Shown: positions 18,161-28,502, counted from the stretch's first letter. The stretch: 64,000 nucleotides of DNA from Ignavibacteriota bacterium (GCA_963801355.1 CAWDEM010000004.1:864001-928000); one strand, 5' to 3'. Notes: generated by a model not told the origin, from the sequence alone. Translations and numbers: made by a program.

Positions 18161-20509
18161 ATGATCGGTCAGACGGTTTCCCACTACAAGATTCTTGAGA
18201 ATCTGGGAGAAGGCGGGATGGGCGTCGTCTACAGAGCCCAGGACACTCGCCTCAAGCGCACCGTAGCCCTCAAGTTCCTTCCTCCGAATCTTACCCGCGA
18301 CGATGAAGCCAAAACCCGCTTCATGCACGAAGCCCAGGCCGCGTCAGCCCTCCAACATCCTAACATCTGCACAATCCACGATTTTGATGAGACCGCAGAT
18401 CACCAGCTGTTCATAGTGATGGATTGCTACGACGGAGAGACGCTGAGATCGCGAATCGCGAAGGGGGATTCACGAATTGGAGATGCGATTGACATCGCCA
18501 TTCAGGTGGCGCAAGGGTTGGAGAAAGCTCACGAAAGCGGGATTGTACACCGCGACATCAAGCCGGCCAATATCTTCGTCGACAGGGATGGTATCGTGAG
18601 GATTCTGGATTTTGGAGTGGCGAAGCTCTCGAGCCAGACGGTGCTGACCAGGAGCGGCGGTACCGTCGGTACGGCAGCATACATGTCGCCGGAGCAGGCG
18701 CGGGGAGAACAGGTCGATCAACGGACGGACATCTGGTCATTGGGCGTCACACTATATGAGATGATCTGCGGCAAGCCTCCGTTTGCCGCGGACTACGAGC
18801 AAGCCCTCATCTACCTGATCCTCGGTGAGGAACCCCAGCCGATGCGGAACGCGCAGGAACATCTTCCCGTCGAGCTGGAACGCATCGTGGAGAAGGCCCT
18901 GGCCAAGAATGTCGCTAAACGCTACCAGCACGTCGGCGACATGAAGGCAGACCTGCAGGCACTCAAACGACAAGTCGAGGCAGGCACAGCAACGTCGCGA
19001 ACGTTTACCCTGAGAATCCCGCGGAAGAAACGGCCTTACGTATATGGTGCCTTGGTTCTCATGGTAATAACGATCGTGGTTGCGGTGCTCGTTTCCTTGG
19101 GAGGTGGGAAGGAGGCGATAGATTCCCTGGCCGTCCTTCCGTTCGAGAACCTCTCGGGCAATCCCGATCAAGCCTATCTGGCGGACGGAATCCATGAGAC
19201 ACTGATTACTGACCTGGCCAAGCTCAGTGGGTTCCGGCGTGTCATTGCAAGATCATCCGTCAAGCGGTTTGCCAATACTTCGTTGTCGCCGCGGGAAATC
19301 GCAGAGCAACTTGGCGTGAGGGCATTGCTGACCGGATCGGTTTCGAGATTCGGGGACGAGATTCAGGTGACGGCTCACCTGATCAATGCGCCAACGGAGA
19401 ATACCGTCTGGTCCGAACGCTACATTCGAAAAGCCGGAGATGTGCTTCCCCTGGTGAACGAGATCGTCACTACGCTGGCTCGACAGATCGAACTCCGTCT
19501 GACGTCTGCCGAGCAGGCACGGCTTCAGGTCCCTCGAAATGTGAAGTCTGACGCGTTCGAGGCGTACCTGCAGGGAACGTTTCACTATACCAAGCAGACG
19601 AAGGAAGATCTCGACAAGGCGGAACGATATTTCAATCTGGCTCTGGAAAAAGATTCCACCTTTGCCCTTGCATACGGCGGACTCGCGAGGGTCTGGGCGA
19701 TACGGGCGGACGCCGGTTTCCAGCCCCCCCGTGAGACGTTTCCTAAGGCAGAAGCATTTGTTGCCAGGGCACTTGCGATGGATTCTACGATGGCGGAACT
19801 TCACGTTGATCTCGCCAATATCAAGAATGCGACGGACTGGGACTGGGGAGGTGCAGAGCTGGAATTCAAACGGGCGCTCGCCATCAATCCAAACCTGGCC
19901 GATGGGCATTTCTTCTATGCTGACTTTCTTCATTACCTCGGTCGGTCGAAAGAGTGGGAGATTGAGATGGAGCGCGCCCTCGAGCTGGATCCTTTGAATG
20001 ATTTCAAGCGTACCTACTACGGGTGGAACCTCAATTACGCGGGGCGCTACGACGAGGCCATCCCCATTTTTCTCAAACTCCTCGAAACGGGTCCGAATAA
20101 GTCGGCAAATTATCTAGGCCTCTGGGGAGCTTATTATAAGAAGGGTAGGTACGGGCAAGCGCTGTCAGAAGCAAAGAACTACTTCCTGACGAGCGGTGGC
20201 GGCGAATTTGGCGAGTCTTTGAGCGCAGACAGCGTGGTCAGCGAGGCCGCGTACCGCGCTGCAATGCGGCGTACCGGGCAAATCATGGCACAACGTTCGG
20301 CCCAAAGACACGTTCCAGCTATCCGGATCGCGCGCATGTTCGCTCATGGGGGGGACAACGACAAAGCCATGTTTTGGCTGGAACGGGCATATGAGGCGCG
20401 CGAGTCTCCCCTGATGCGGCTTGCCGTGTTCTGGGACTGGGACAATTTGCGTTCCGACGCACGCTTCCAGGACCTGCTGCGACGGATGAATCTACCGGTT
20501 GGAAACTGA
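18161..20509 (+). CDS. Ser/Thr protein kinase with TM segment, TolB-N-like domain and TPRs
   Basis: GEGGMGVVY, VALK, HRDIKPAN, DFG, YMSPEQ; SLAVLPFENLS; TPR region ending DNLRSDARFQDLLRRM. Confidence 0.95.
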   Translation: MIGQTVSHYKILENLGEGGMGVVYRAQDTRLKRTVALKFLPPNLTRDDEAKTRFMHEAQAASALQHPNICTIHDFDETADHQLFIVMDCYDGETLRSRIAKGDSRIGDAIDIAIQVAQGLEKAHESGIVHRDIKPANIFVDRDGIVRILDFGVAKLSSQTVLTRSGGTVGTAAYMSPEQARGEQVDQRTDIWSLGVTLYEMICGKPPFAADYEQALIYLILGEEPQPMRNAQEHLPVELERIVEKALAKNVAKRYQHVGDMKADLQALKRQVEAGTATSRTFTLRIPRKKRPYVYGALVLMVITIVVAVLVSLGGGKEAIDSLAVLPFENLSGNPDQAYLADGIHETLITDLAKLSGFRRVIARSSVKRFANTSLSPREIAEQLGVRALLTGSVSRFGDEIQVTAHLINAPTENTVWSERYIRKAGDVLPLVNEIVTTLARQIELRLTSAEQARLQVPRNVKSDAFEAYLQGTFHYTKQTKEDLDKAERYFNLALEKDSTFALAYGGLARVWAIRADAGFQPPRETFPKAEAFVARALAMDSTMAELHVDLANIKNATDWDWGGAELEFKRALAINPNLADGHFFYADFLHYLGRSKEWEIEMERALELDPLNDFKRTYYGWNLNYAGRYDEAIPIFLKLLETGPNKSANYLGLWGAYYKKGRYGQALSEAKNYFLTSGGGEFGESLSADSVVSEAAYRAAMRRTGQIMAQRSAQRHVPAIRIARMFAHGGDNDKAMFWLERAYEARESPLMRLAVFWDWDNLRSDARFQDLLRRMNLPVGN

Positions 20510-20590
20510 TCGACAAAGCGAATCTCAAGCGTCAATCGCGATGCACCATGATTCAAACAAGACTCTCCACCACAACACAGGGAGGTAATC

Positions 20591-21169
20591 ATGATACGCG
20601 CGGGCCTAATAGGCTTGTCCGTGATCGCGTTTCTGCTCTTGACTCAGCCATCAACCACATGCGCCCAGGGTAACGAGGTGCGTCCCAGCCTCCAGGCCGG
20701 CGTCATGCAGAGACTCGGGACGAATACCGATATCACCATTCAATACGGCAGACCGGGAGTCAAAGGAAGAAAGATCTGGGGCGGCCTCGTGCCGTATGGC
20801 ATGGCTCCGGGAAACGAATACTCCGGGGGAAAGCCATATCCGTGGCGGGCCGGCGCCGATGAGAATACGACCATTGAACTGAGCAAGGATGTTCTCATCG
20901 AAGGAAAGAAACTGGCGGCGGGCAAATACGGCATCCACATGATCCCTTCGGAAAAAGAATGGATCGTTGTTTTCAGCAAGAACAACTCCAGCTGGGGAAG
21001 TTATTCCTACGACCCCAAAGACGATGCGCTGCGGGTCAGTGTGACTCCCGTTGAAACCCCGCACATGGAGTGGCTCACATACGGCTTTGATGACCTTAAA
21101 GGAACCTCGGCAACCGCTTTCCTCCACTGGGAAGGTCTGAAAGTGCCGTTTAAGATTGAGCTGCCGTAG
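20591..21169 (+). CDS. DUF2911 domain protein
   Basis: GGAGG RBS; ITIQYGRPGVKGRKIWGGLVPYG, WRAGADENT, YDPKDDALRV. Confidence 0.9.
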   Translation: MIRAGLIGLSVIAFLLLTQPSTTCAQGNEVRPSLQAGVMQRLGTNTDITIQYGRPGVKGRKIWGGLVPYGMAPGNEYSGGKPYPWRAGADENTTIELSKDVLIEGKKLAAGKYGIHMIPSEKEWIVVFSKNNSSWGSYSYDPKDDALRVSVTPVETPHMEWLTYGFDDLKGTSATAFLHWEGLKVPFKIELP

Positions 21170-21234
21170 GGATAGAGGCAATCTCAAGAACAAAGGAACA
21201 GCGAAGCAGAATGGAGTGAAATGAACGAAACACT

Positions 21235-21272
21235 CGCCCCGCCACTCTTCGATGTGGTGGGGCGCCTTTTTT
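21235..21272 (+). terminator. Rho-independent terminator
   Basis: CGCCCCGCCAC-loop-GTGGTGGGGCG stem followed by a T run. Confidence 0.85.
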
Positions 21273-21295
21273 GTTGAGGTGGGCTGAGTCGAAGG

Positions 21296-21328
21296 GTCGA
21301 GGGCCCTAGTATGTCGAGGGCCCTAGTA
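21296..21328. repeat. 16-bp direct repeat GTCGAGGGCCCTAGTA x2 (REP-like debris)
   Basis: 21296-21311 is identical to 21313-21328. Confidence 0.8.
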
Positions 21329-21338
21329 CCCTCAGAAG

Positions 21339-21367
21339 TTGACTATCAGCCTTCCCTGCAATATCTT
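21339..21367 (+). promoter_or_regulatory. Sigma70-type promoter TTGACT-17-TATCTT
   Basis: Followed by GCCGCCGT, as at 18074 (GCCACCGT at 1897). Confidence 0.6.
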
Positions 21368-21425
21368 GCCGCCGTGCCGCTAGATTTTCTTGCTGTCACT
21401 ATCGCACACTCTCGCGCTAAACCCC

Positions 21426-21567
21426 ATGCTTGACAAGGTCGTCTCCCACAATCACGCGCAGACGCCCGCGGATCTCTCGACATTCGAACGCACGACCTAC
21501 CGCAAGGTGACCTGGCGGCTGATTCCCTTTCTCTTCTTCCATATCCTGTCATACGTCGACCGCGTCG
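21426..21567 (+). pseudogene. 5' fragment of an ACS-type MFS transporter
   Basis: FERTTYRKVTWRLIPFLFFHILSYVDRV is a typical ACS-MFS N-terminus; homology is lost afterwards. Confidence 0.75.
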
Positions 21568-21676
21568 TACTTCTTGGTAGTACAAGTGGATTTGGAGTGC
21601 CAGCCGCCGACTGTATCCTGGTAGCGAATGAAGTAGTTGTCGGTGCGCGGTTCTTTGAGAGAAAGGGGTGGTGGAT

Positions 21677-21733
21677 AAAAAAGCCTCCGAATTTCACGTA
21701 TACCGTTACGTATACGGCATACATTCGGAGGCT
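21677..21733 (-). terminator. Hairpin/terminator downstream of the displaced tRNA end
   Basis: AGCCTCCGAAT...ATTCGGAGGCT inverted repeat with an A6 run (U-tract on the minus strand). Confidence 0.6.
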
Positions 21734-21772
21734 AAGGCCGCTAACCTCACTGCTCTAAGTCATTGTCTTCTA

Positions 21773-21855
21773 TGGTGCTCGGAACAGGACATGTCAACTG
21801 TGCGAAGTCAATCGACGATCAGCTCGGCTCCTGGTGGATTCTGAAGGAAATGCCC
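21773..21855 (-). repeat. Displaced tRNA-Leu 3' end (ending CCA) plus conserved att arm
   Basis: GTGCTCGGAACAGGAC matches 31222-31237 at 15/16. 21775-21855 aligns without gaps to 28504-28584, including identical GGCTCCTGGTGGATT. Confidence 0.85.
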
Positions 21856-21915
21856 CTTCGGTAGTGGCGTCCTTGGCACGGTCTAGAGTGACCCCGTTGC
21901 GCCCTTCGATACCCC

Positions 21916-21944
21916 TTGCGCGTTCTCCTACGCTGGTGTATATT
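21916..21944 (+). promoter_or_regulatory. Promoter TTGCGC-17-TATATT of cassette B
   Basis: Homologous to 28801-28829; both are followed by GGCACAGAC. Confidence 0.65.
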
Positions 21945-21956
21945 TCTGGCACAGAC

Positions 21957-22047
21957 ATCGGTGCCTGATGGCTTCCTCAGCCTGAGGGCCGCCGCTCTGG
22001 ACCCCGTACCAGTTGCCCCGTTGTAGAGTCCTCCTCGACGACCCCGG
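21957..22047 (+). repeat. Conserved non-coding leader element, copy 2
   Basis: Core GGGCCGCCGCTCTGG at 21986-22000. Confidence 0.85.
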
Positions 22048-22151
22048 GCTGACATTCCGATAATAAGGCAGGGAAGGTCACATCTCAGTGCCTCGGATGT
22101 TACCGGAGCCCTGATGCAATCCCCATGCCTCGCACGTAGGAGCCACCTGCA

Positions 22152-25100
22152 ATGGAGAAGCATCCGCCCCTCGTTTCGGATCTCTCGTGGATCCTTGGAG
22201 TCCTACTCTTCCCCTGCGTGCTCCAGGCCCAGGAGGTTCATCCGCGGTTTGAGGATTACAAGAACATCTTTCCCACCTGCGTCTACCAGGACTCGTTCGG
22301 ATTTCTCTGGATTGGCACTCAGGTCGGCCTGACTCGCTACGATGGGTACAGCTTCAAGCGTTACACGGTTGCTCTCAATGATTCCAATGCGATCTCGAAT
22401 CTCTGGGTGACGGATATCGACGAAGATCACCGTGGGAATCTTTGGATCGGGACCTATGGAGGCGGCCTCAACTACTACGATCAGAAAACCGGCCGCTTCG
22501 TCCACCATGCACTCACCAACGCGGCTTCGGGAGGAGTGGCGAGCGACTTCATCAACGCGTTGACTGCAGACGACGACGGCTCAGTCTGGCTGGGCACCGG
22601 AGATCGAGGTGTTATTCACCTGACCGTGGATTCCGGGGGGACCCCGCGCTGGAAAAGATACGACCTCACCGACCCCGCGTCGTCCACCCCACCCAAGGGG
22701 CAGAACTTCATCCTTGCCCTCCACAAGGACCGTGAGGGATATGTCTGGGCAGGTACAATCCGGGGTGGTTTGACCAGGATTTACCCCAGGACGGGCGATG
22801 TTCGCCACTATCGCAATGAACCCGGTAATCCACTTAGCCTCAGTCATAACACCGTGGGTTCCATCTGCGAGGATGAAGCGGGAAATCTCTGGATCGGCAC
22901 GGGCTTCGAGGCGATTCCGGACGGCGGGGGGATCAACATGTTTGACCGCAACACTGAGCAATTCCGCCGCTTCAAGCACGATGCTTTGGATCCGACTTCG
23001 CTCCCCTCCGACAGGATCGGTTCCCTCCTGATAGACCGCGGGGGGACTCTATGGATCGGTACACTGGATGAGGGACTGGCGTCGATCCCCTTGCATGGAC
23101 TGGCGGTCGGGAAGAAGACCTCATTCACAAGCTACCCGGATCTGCGGAAGGAGATCATCGTGTCGCTGTATGAGGACCGGTGGGGGAACGTGTGGGCTTC
23201 CACGTTCGGGTCATTGCTGTACAAGCATGACTCCCTTCAGAACCCCTTCATCCACTACCGGAGGTATGCGGGGAAAGCGAACAGCATGAGCAGCACGGGC
23301 GTGCAGAGCGTGTTCTTTGACCGATCGGGAAATCTCTGGTTCGGGTTCTACTCTACCGGCCTCGACAGATACGACCCCCGCCCTGGTCGCTTCACACACT
23401 ACCGGCATCGTCCGGATGACCCCCGCAGTATCGGTGCAGACCGTATCAATGGAATCTGCGAAGATGACAGTGGCTACGTCTGGCTCGCGACGAACGGTGG
23501 GGGGCTGAACCGGCTCGACCCCCGTGACGGAGCCGTGCTGCAGCTGAAAGGAATCAGGAAATACCCCGGTGAGGTCGCCTCGAATTTCCTCAGGGCCATT
23601 CTTGCGCGACGCGGCGGCGGTTTCTGGGTGGCGCTGCAGAATTCCACCCTCCGGCTCTACGATAGAGTGGTGGACCGTTTCATCACGGTCGATCTCCCCA
23701 CCAGAAGTGGGCCGGTCGCAGAAATTGCCTCACTCTGCGAGGATCAATCCGGAGCACTCTGGGTGGGAACCATGGGTGAAGGGATTCTCCGTGTCCGGAT
23801 GGAGAAAGATCGGCCCCTGGATGTGAAACGGTTCGTGCGCATTCCCGGCGAACGAAATTCTCTGAGCTATAACGGTGTAAACGACATCATCAGAGCGGGG
23901 ATCCTGGACACCAATGCGCTGTGGATCGCCACGGATTTTGGGCTGAATCGACTGGACCTGGAGACATCTACGTTCACACACTTCTTTGAGCGCGACGGGA
24001 TGGCAAGCGATGTTGTGCTCAAGGTGCTGGAGGACGCCCGGGGGAATATCTGGTGCTCCACGATAGAAGACATTTGCATGTATGATGTCCGTCGCAAACA
24101 CATCACCAGCTACGGCCTGAGCGACGGCCTGCCGTTCATCGACTTCGGCGGTGCCCGCCAGAACGCCGCTCGAGCACCCGACGGGCAAATGGTGTTTTCC
24201 GGCGCATCGGGATCTCTGGGGTTCTATCCCGAGCGGCTCCGCCGCAACACGCGTGTCCCACCCGTGTACCTGACAGACATCCGGGTCTTTCACGAAAGTC
24301 TTGATCTCGACACCGCCGTTCAGTTCACTCATCGGGTGACTCTCTCGCACTCTCAGAATACCCTCTCCATTGAGTTCATAGCATTGAGTTTCACACACTG
24401 CGAAAGGAACCAGTACGCGTACAAGCTGGAGGGTTTTCAGGACGAGTGGACCTACTGCAGGACAGAGCGGACCGCGAGCTTCAGCAATCTCGATCCTGGC
24501 AGGTATGTGTTTCGGGTCAAAGGATCGAACAATCACGGTGTATGGAACGAAGAAGGAACATCGCTTCTTATTACCATCACGCCCCCCTGGTGGAGGTCAC
24601 GCTGGGCGTACGCTGGATATGTTCTCTTGGCCGTTGGGACCATCGTGGGGGCCTGGCGGCTGCAAACACGCCGGCTCCGAACGAGGCACGAACTTGAACT
24701 GAGGCGGGTGGAGGCGGAGAAGATGAGGGAACTGGATTCGCAGAAGTCGAACTTCTTTGCGAACATCTCGCATGAGTTCCGAACCCCCCTGACATTGATC
24801 CTTGGACCCGTTTCGCGGTTGCTTTCCCGGCCGCGGAACGAGCTGGATCGCCAAGATCTCGGGATCATGGAGCGGAACGCACGACGCCTTCAGCGGCTCA
24901 TCAACCAGCTTCTGGACCTCGCGCGCATCGAAGCCGGAAGGCTGAAGCTTCACGCCCACCCGGTTGATCTGGTGCGTTATTTGAACAGAGTCGTCGCCAC
25001 GTTTGAGTCTCATGCGCGATTGCGGGACATTGATCTCTCGTTCACCGCGATCCCTGACCGCATCGAGGTCTTTCTGGACCCGGAGAAGTTTGAGGATGTG

Positions 25101-26345
25101 ATCTACAACCTTCTCGCCAACGCATTCAAATACACGCCGGATGGTGGGAAGGTAGAGGTGAGAGCTGCGCTTGGGGCGCATGATGGTCGACACGACGGCG
25201 GTTCCAAAGGGCCCTCCTGCGTGGAAATCACGGTGTCGGACACCGGCATCGGGATCCCGCCCGAAAGCCTGGACAAAGTGTTCGAGCGGTTCTACCAGGT
25301 TCAGGAACCGAAGGCGCGTGAGCTAGGGGGAACCGGTATCGGGCTGGCCTTGGTGAAGGAACTCGTCGATCTGCATCACGGAAGCATTTCTGTGGAAAGC
25401 CATGTGGGAGGGGGGACGACATTCAGAATCCAACTGCCCATAGGGAAGGGCCAATTCGGTTCAGACGAGGTTGCGGAAGACGAACTTGATCAGGACGAAG
25501 TCCAGGGGCCTTCTGTGGAGGTTTCTGAGGTCCCTCGAGCCGAGGCGGAGTCGACACGGAGTGCCCGGGAGGCTAGAGATCGGCAAAGGGCGCTCGTGCT
25601 CGTGGTGGAGGATAACCCGGATATGCGCACATACCTTACCGGGTCCCTGAAGGCTGACTATCGCGTCGTCGAAGCAACCGACGGGGAGGCAGGTCTTCAG
25701 GTGGCGATAGATGGGATCCCCGACCTCGTGATCAGCGACGTAATGATGCCGAGAATGGACGGGTTCGAGCTCTGCAGGCGACTGAAAGACGACGACCGGA
25801 CCAGCCATATTCCGGTCATTCTCCTGACAGCCCGCGCGACCTCGAGGGATAGGCTGGAAGGACTGGAACGGGGAGCCGATGATTACATCATCAAGCCGTT
25901 CGATGTTGGGGAACTCAAGGCTCGTGTGGGGAATCTCATCGCCCTCCGACGGAAACTGAGGGAACGCTTTGTCCGTGAGGGGCGATTTCTCCTGGAGAAT
26001 GCTCCTGTCACGTCTCTGGATAAGGTTTTTCTGCGAAAGGTAATTGAGGCTGTGCAGCAGCACCTTCGAGACGACCAGTTTGGCGTTGAATCCCTCGCCC
26101 GGATTGTTGGATTCAGTGTTTCGCAGCTTGAGCGAAAGCTCGAGGGCATCGCAAGCCAGCGTCCCAATGAGTTCATTCGTGCGATCCGGCTCGAGCAGGC
26201 GCGGCACATGCTCGAGGCACGAGCGGGAACAGTCTCTGAAATCGCCTTTGACGTCGGTTTCAACAACCTGTCGTATTTTGCACGATCCTACAAGAAGAAG
26301 TTCGGTTTTTCCCCCTCCAGAACCCCTGAGGCAACCCGCAAGTAG
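22152..26345 (+). CDS. Hybrid two-component sensor/regulator (beta-propeller, Y_Y_Y, HisKA, HATPase, REC, AraC HTH)
   Basis: Repeated LWIGT..GL units; YAYKLEGF; FANISHEFRTPLT; DTGIGI, GTGIGL; ISDVMMP; GFNNLSYFARSYKKKFG. Confidence 0.97.
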   Translation: MEKHPPLVSDLSWILGVLLFPCVLQAQEVHPRFEDYKNIFPTCVYQDSFGFLWIGTQVGLTRYDGYSFKRYTVALNDSNAISNLWVTDIDEDHRGNLWIGTYGGGLNYYDQKTGRFVHHALTNAASGGVASDFINALTADDDGSVWLGTGDRGVIHLTVDSGGTPRWKRYDLTDPASSTPPKGQNFILALHKDREGYVWAGTIRGGLTRIYPRTGDVRHYRNEPGNPLSLSHNTVGSICEDEAGNLWIGTGFEAIPDGGGINMFDRNTEQFRRFKHDALDPTSLPSDRIGSLLIDRGGTLWIGTLDEGLASIPLHGLAVGKKTSFTSYPDLRKEIIVSLYEDRWGNVWASTFGSLLYKHDSLQNPFIHYRRYAGKANSMSSTGVQSVFFDRSGNLWFGFYSTGLDRYDPRPGRFTHYRHRPDDPRSIGADRINGICEDDSGYVWLATNGGGLNRLDPRDGAVLQLKGIRKYPGEVASNFLRAILARRGGGFWVALQNSTLRLYDRVVDRFITVDLPTRSGPVAEIASLCEDQSGALWVGTMGEGILRVRMEKDRPLDVKRFVRIPGERNSLSYNGVNDIIRAGILDTNALWIATDFGLNRLDLETSTFTHFFERDGMASDVVLKVLEDARGNIWCSTIEDICMYDVRRKHITSYGLSDGLPFIDFGGARQNAARAPDGQMVFSGASGSLGFYPERLRRNTRVPPVYLTDIRVFHESLDLDTAVQFTHRVTLSHSQNTLSIEFIALSFTHCERNQYAYKLEGFQDEWTYCRTERTASFSNLDPGRYVFRVKGSNNHGVWNEEGTSLLITITPPWWRSRWAYAGYVLLAVGTIVGAWRLQTRRLRTRHELELRRVEAEKMRELDSQKSNFFANISHEFRTPLTLILGPVSRLLSRPRNELDRQDLGIMERNARRLQRLINQLLDLARIEAGRLKLHAHPVDLVRYLNRVVATFESHARLRDIDLSFTAIPDRIEVFLDPEKFEDVIYNLLANAFKYTPDGGKVEVRAALGAHDGRHDGGSKGPSCVEITVSDTGIGIPPESLDKVFERFYQVQEPKARELGGTGIGLALVKELVDLHHGSISVESHVGGGTTFRIQLPIGKGQFGSDEVAEDELDQDEVQGPSVEVSEVPRAEAESTRSAREARDRQRALVLVVEDNPDMRTYLTGSLKADYRVVEATDGEAGLQVAIDGIPDLVISDVMMPRMDGFELCRRLKDDDRTSHIPVILLTARATSRDRLEGLERGADDYIIKPFDVGELKARVGNLIALRRKLRERFVREGRFLLENAPVTSLDKVFLRKVIEAVQQHLRDDQFGVESLARIVGFSVSQLERKLEGIASQRPNEFIRAIRLEQARHMLEARAGTVSEIAFDVGFNNLSYFARSYKKKFGFSPSRTPEATRK

Positions 26346-26418
26346 CACCCGAGCAGGCTGACCCGTCTCCTCAGAGGTAAGATCCACCGGGGCGTGTAGG
26401 CTCCGGATCCAGCCGCTG

Positions 26419-26447
26419 TGCCGAATAATTGCAGGTAGATGCTGAAT
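26419..26447 (+). promoter_or_regulatory. Putative AraC/HTCS operator: TGCYGAAT direct repeat, 21-bp period
   Basis: TGCCGAAT (26419) and TGCTGAAT (26440) lie between the HTCS gene and the next gene. Confidence 0.5.
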
Positions 26448-26580
26448 CCGTGTTAGCTTTCCGGAGCCGCATGAGCGTACCTTCCGAACACAGGTCGACG
26501 GTTGTTGTGTGCGCAAGCCGCCCTGCACAAACCACAACGAGAAGTCCTTGCCGGGATTACACCACGTGCGGAGGTATCAT

Positions 26581-28431
26581 ATGAAACCTTATCATTTCCT
26601 TCTGGTGTCCGTCGGGGCCGTGGCGTTCTTCGCTGCATTCAACGATTCATCGGCGGCCATTCGGCGCGTACCATCACAGTACGGCTCCATACAGCGTGCT
26701 ATCGAAGCGGCCCTCGACGGAGATACTGTTCTCGTGGCAGACGGCACCTACTATGAGAACATCAGATTCATGGGGAAAGCCATCACGGTAGCCAGCCACT
26801 ATCTCATCGACATGGACGCGAGGCACATCGACAGTACTGTCATCAATGGGAGTCGGCCGGCCAGTCCCGACTGGGGTTCCACCGTACTCTTCATCAATGG
26901 CGAGGACACGAGTTCTGTACTCTGGGGGCTGACCATCACGGGCGGAACAGGCTCTGTGAACCCCTCCGGCTACCGCGTGGGTGGTGGTATCTGGATAAAG
27001 GCGGGCTCCGGCGCTAGAATCTGCCACAATAGGATCATTTCCAACAACGTGTCTCAGCTCACGTTTGCGCTTGGAGGGGGTGTTTCCGCCGGATCCCCAT
27101 ATCAGCCCGGGGGCTGGCTTATTCTTGAAGACAACGAAATCTCCCGGAACACCGTCACAGGATCAGAAGGCGTTGGAGGGGCCGGTGTGCTCTGCTCGCT
27201 ACCTGCGAGGATCCAGCGGAATCGCATTGAAGGCAATGAAGGTTTCACAGGGGGAAGCGCTGACGACGGCGCCGGGATAAGCTGCTGGACAGATGTTCAA
27301 CGAGGGAAGAAGGAACTGCTCCTGTGCGGGAATATCATTACCAGAAACAAGTTCACTTCAACGGGTGTAGATCAGTACGGTCAAAGCGGTCTCGCCGGGG
27401 GAATGTCCGTTGTTGGATACCGGGGGATTGTCGAGCACAATGTCATCACTGAGAACGAACTCGAGGGACCTGCGGCGTTGTACGGCGGGGGTGTCTTGAT
27501 AAGCGACTGTAATGACTCTACGGAATTCCGCAACAACAGAATCAGCGGAAACAAGTTGATCGGGAACGGGGAGCAACGGGGTGGGGGAGTGTGCGTCTGG
27601 GAGTGCAGCCCGAAAATCTACAACAACATCATTACGGGCAATGAGGGGAGGATGGGGGGAGGGGTCTATGTGGGTGGGACCGCGTCTACGGGTCGGCCGC
27701 AGATGATCAACAACACCATATGCGAGAATCAAGCGTCGTCTGGATGTGGCCTTTACGCAGATTCTTCATATCCGGTTGTCATCAATTCGATCCTGTGGGA
27801 TCAGAATCAGGACACGGAGGTCTGGCAGGTGGGAGGACAGGTCACGATCGCGTATTCGGATGTCAGGGGTGGCTGGCTAGACACGGGGAATATAAACGCC
27901 GATCCGCTTCTTTTGCCAGGGGATTCAATGTGTAACCTGATGTCAAGTAGTCCTTGCATCGGACGCGGCATTGACTCCATTCAGATTGGTGGAGTCTGGT
28001 ACCATGCGCCAACAAGCGACTACGACAGGACGGCACGCCCAATGCCGACGGAAACTCATCCTGACATGGGTGCGCAGGAGGAGCAGATCACTGTGGATGT
28101 TGAGACCCAGGAGCTTGTGCCCTTGACATATCAGCTGTATCAGAACTACCCCAACCCCTTCAACCCCTCAACCACTATCCGCTACGATCTCCCGAGCCGC
28201 TCCCATGTGATCCTGACCGTCTTCAACACACTCGGGCAGCAGGTAGCCACGCTCGTCCAGGGGGAACGGGAGGCTGGGTATCACGAGGTCAAGTTTGATG
28301 CTTCAGAACTTGCGAGCGGAGTGTATCTGTACAGGATGCAGGTCCGCCCTCTGGACTCCGCCATCGGGCGGGACTCCAAGAGCGGAGCGGGAGAATTCGT
28401 CCAGACGCGAAAGTTTGTCCTTCTGCAGTAA
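26581..28431 (+). CDS. Right-handed beta-helix protein with T9SS CTD
   Basis: GGAGG RBS; VPSQYGSIQRAI...GDTVLVADGTYYENI; GGG/N-ladder repeats; GNINADP; QNYPNPFNP. Confidence 0.9.
   Translation: MKPYHFLLVSVGAVAFFAAFNDSSAAIRRVPSQYGSIQRAIEAALDGDTVLVADGTYYENIRFMGKAITVASHYLIDMDARHIDSTVINGSRPASPDWGSTVLFINGEDTSSVLWGLTITGGTGSVNPSGYRVGGGIWIKAGSGARICHNRIISNNVSQLTFALGGGVSAGSPYQPGGWLILEDNEISRNTVTGSEGVGGAGVLCSLPARIQRNRIEGNEGFTGGSADDGAGISCWTDVQRGKKELLLCGNIITRNKFTSTGVDQYGQSGLAGGMSVVGYRGIVEHNVITENELEGPAALYGGGVLISDCNDSTEFRNNRISGNKLIGNGEQRGGGVCVWECSPKIYNNIITGNEGRMGGGVYVGGTASTGRPQMINNTICENQASSGCGLYADSSYPVVINSILWDQNQDTEVWQVGGQVTIAYSDVRGGWLDTGNINADPLLLPGDSMCNLMSSSPCIGRGIDSIQIGGVWYHAPTSDYDRTARPMPTETHPDMGAQEEQITVDVETQELVPLTYQLYQNYPNPFNPSTTIRYDLPSRSHVILTVFNTLGQQVATLVQGEREAGYHEVKFDASELASGVYLYRMQVRPLDSAIGRDSKSGAGEFVQTRKFVLLQ
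28342..28386 (+). repeat. 45-bp palindromic in-frame CTD insert, copy 2
   Basis: Identical to 31062-31106. Confidence 0.95.
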
Positions 28432-28453
28432 TGACCGTCAAGCCGAAAATTGA

Positions 28454-28488
28454 AAGAGCCCTCATCTCTAACGAGATGGAGGGCTCTT
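28454..28488. terminator. Terminator hairpin, paralog of the tRNA-Leu terminator
   Basis: AAGAGCCCTC-ATCTC...GAGAT-GGAGGGCTCTT; homologous to 31171-31206. Confidence 0.8.
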
Positions 28489-28502
28489 CTGTAAGTTGAC
28501 CC

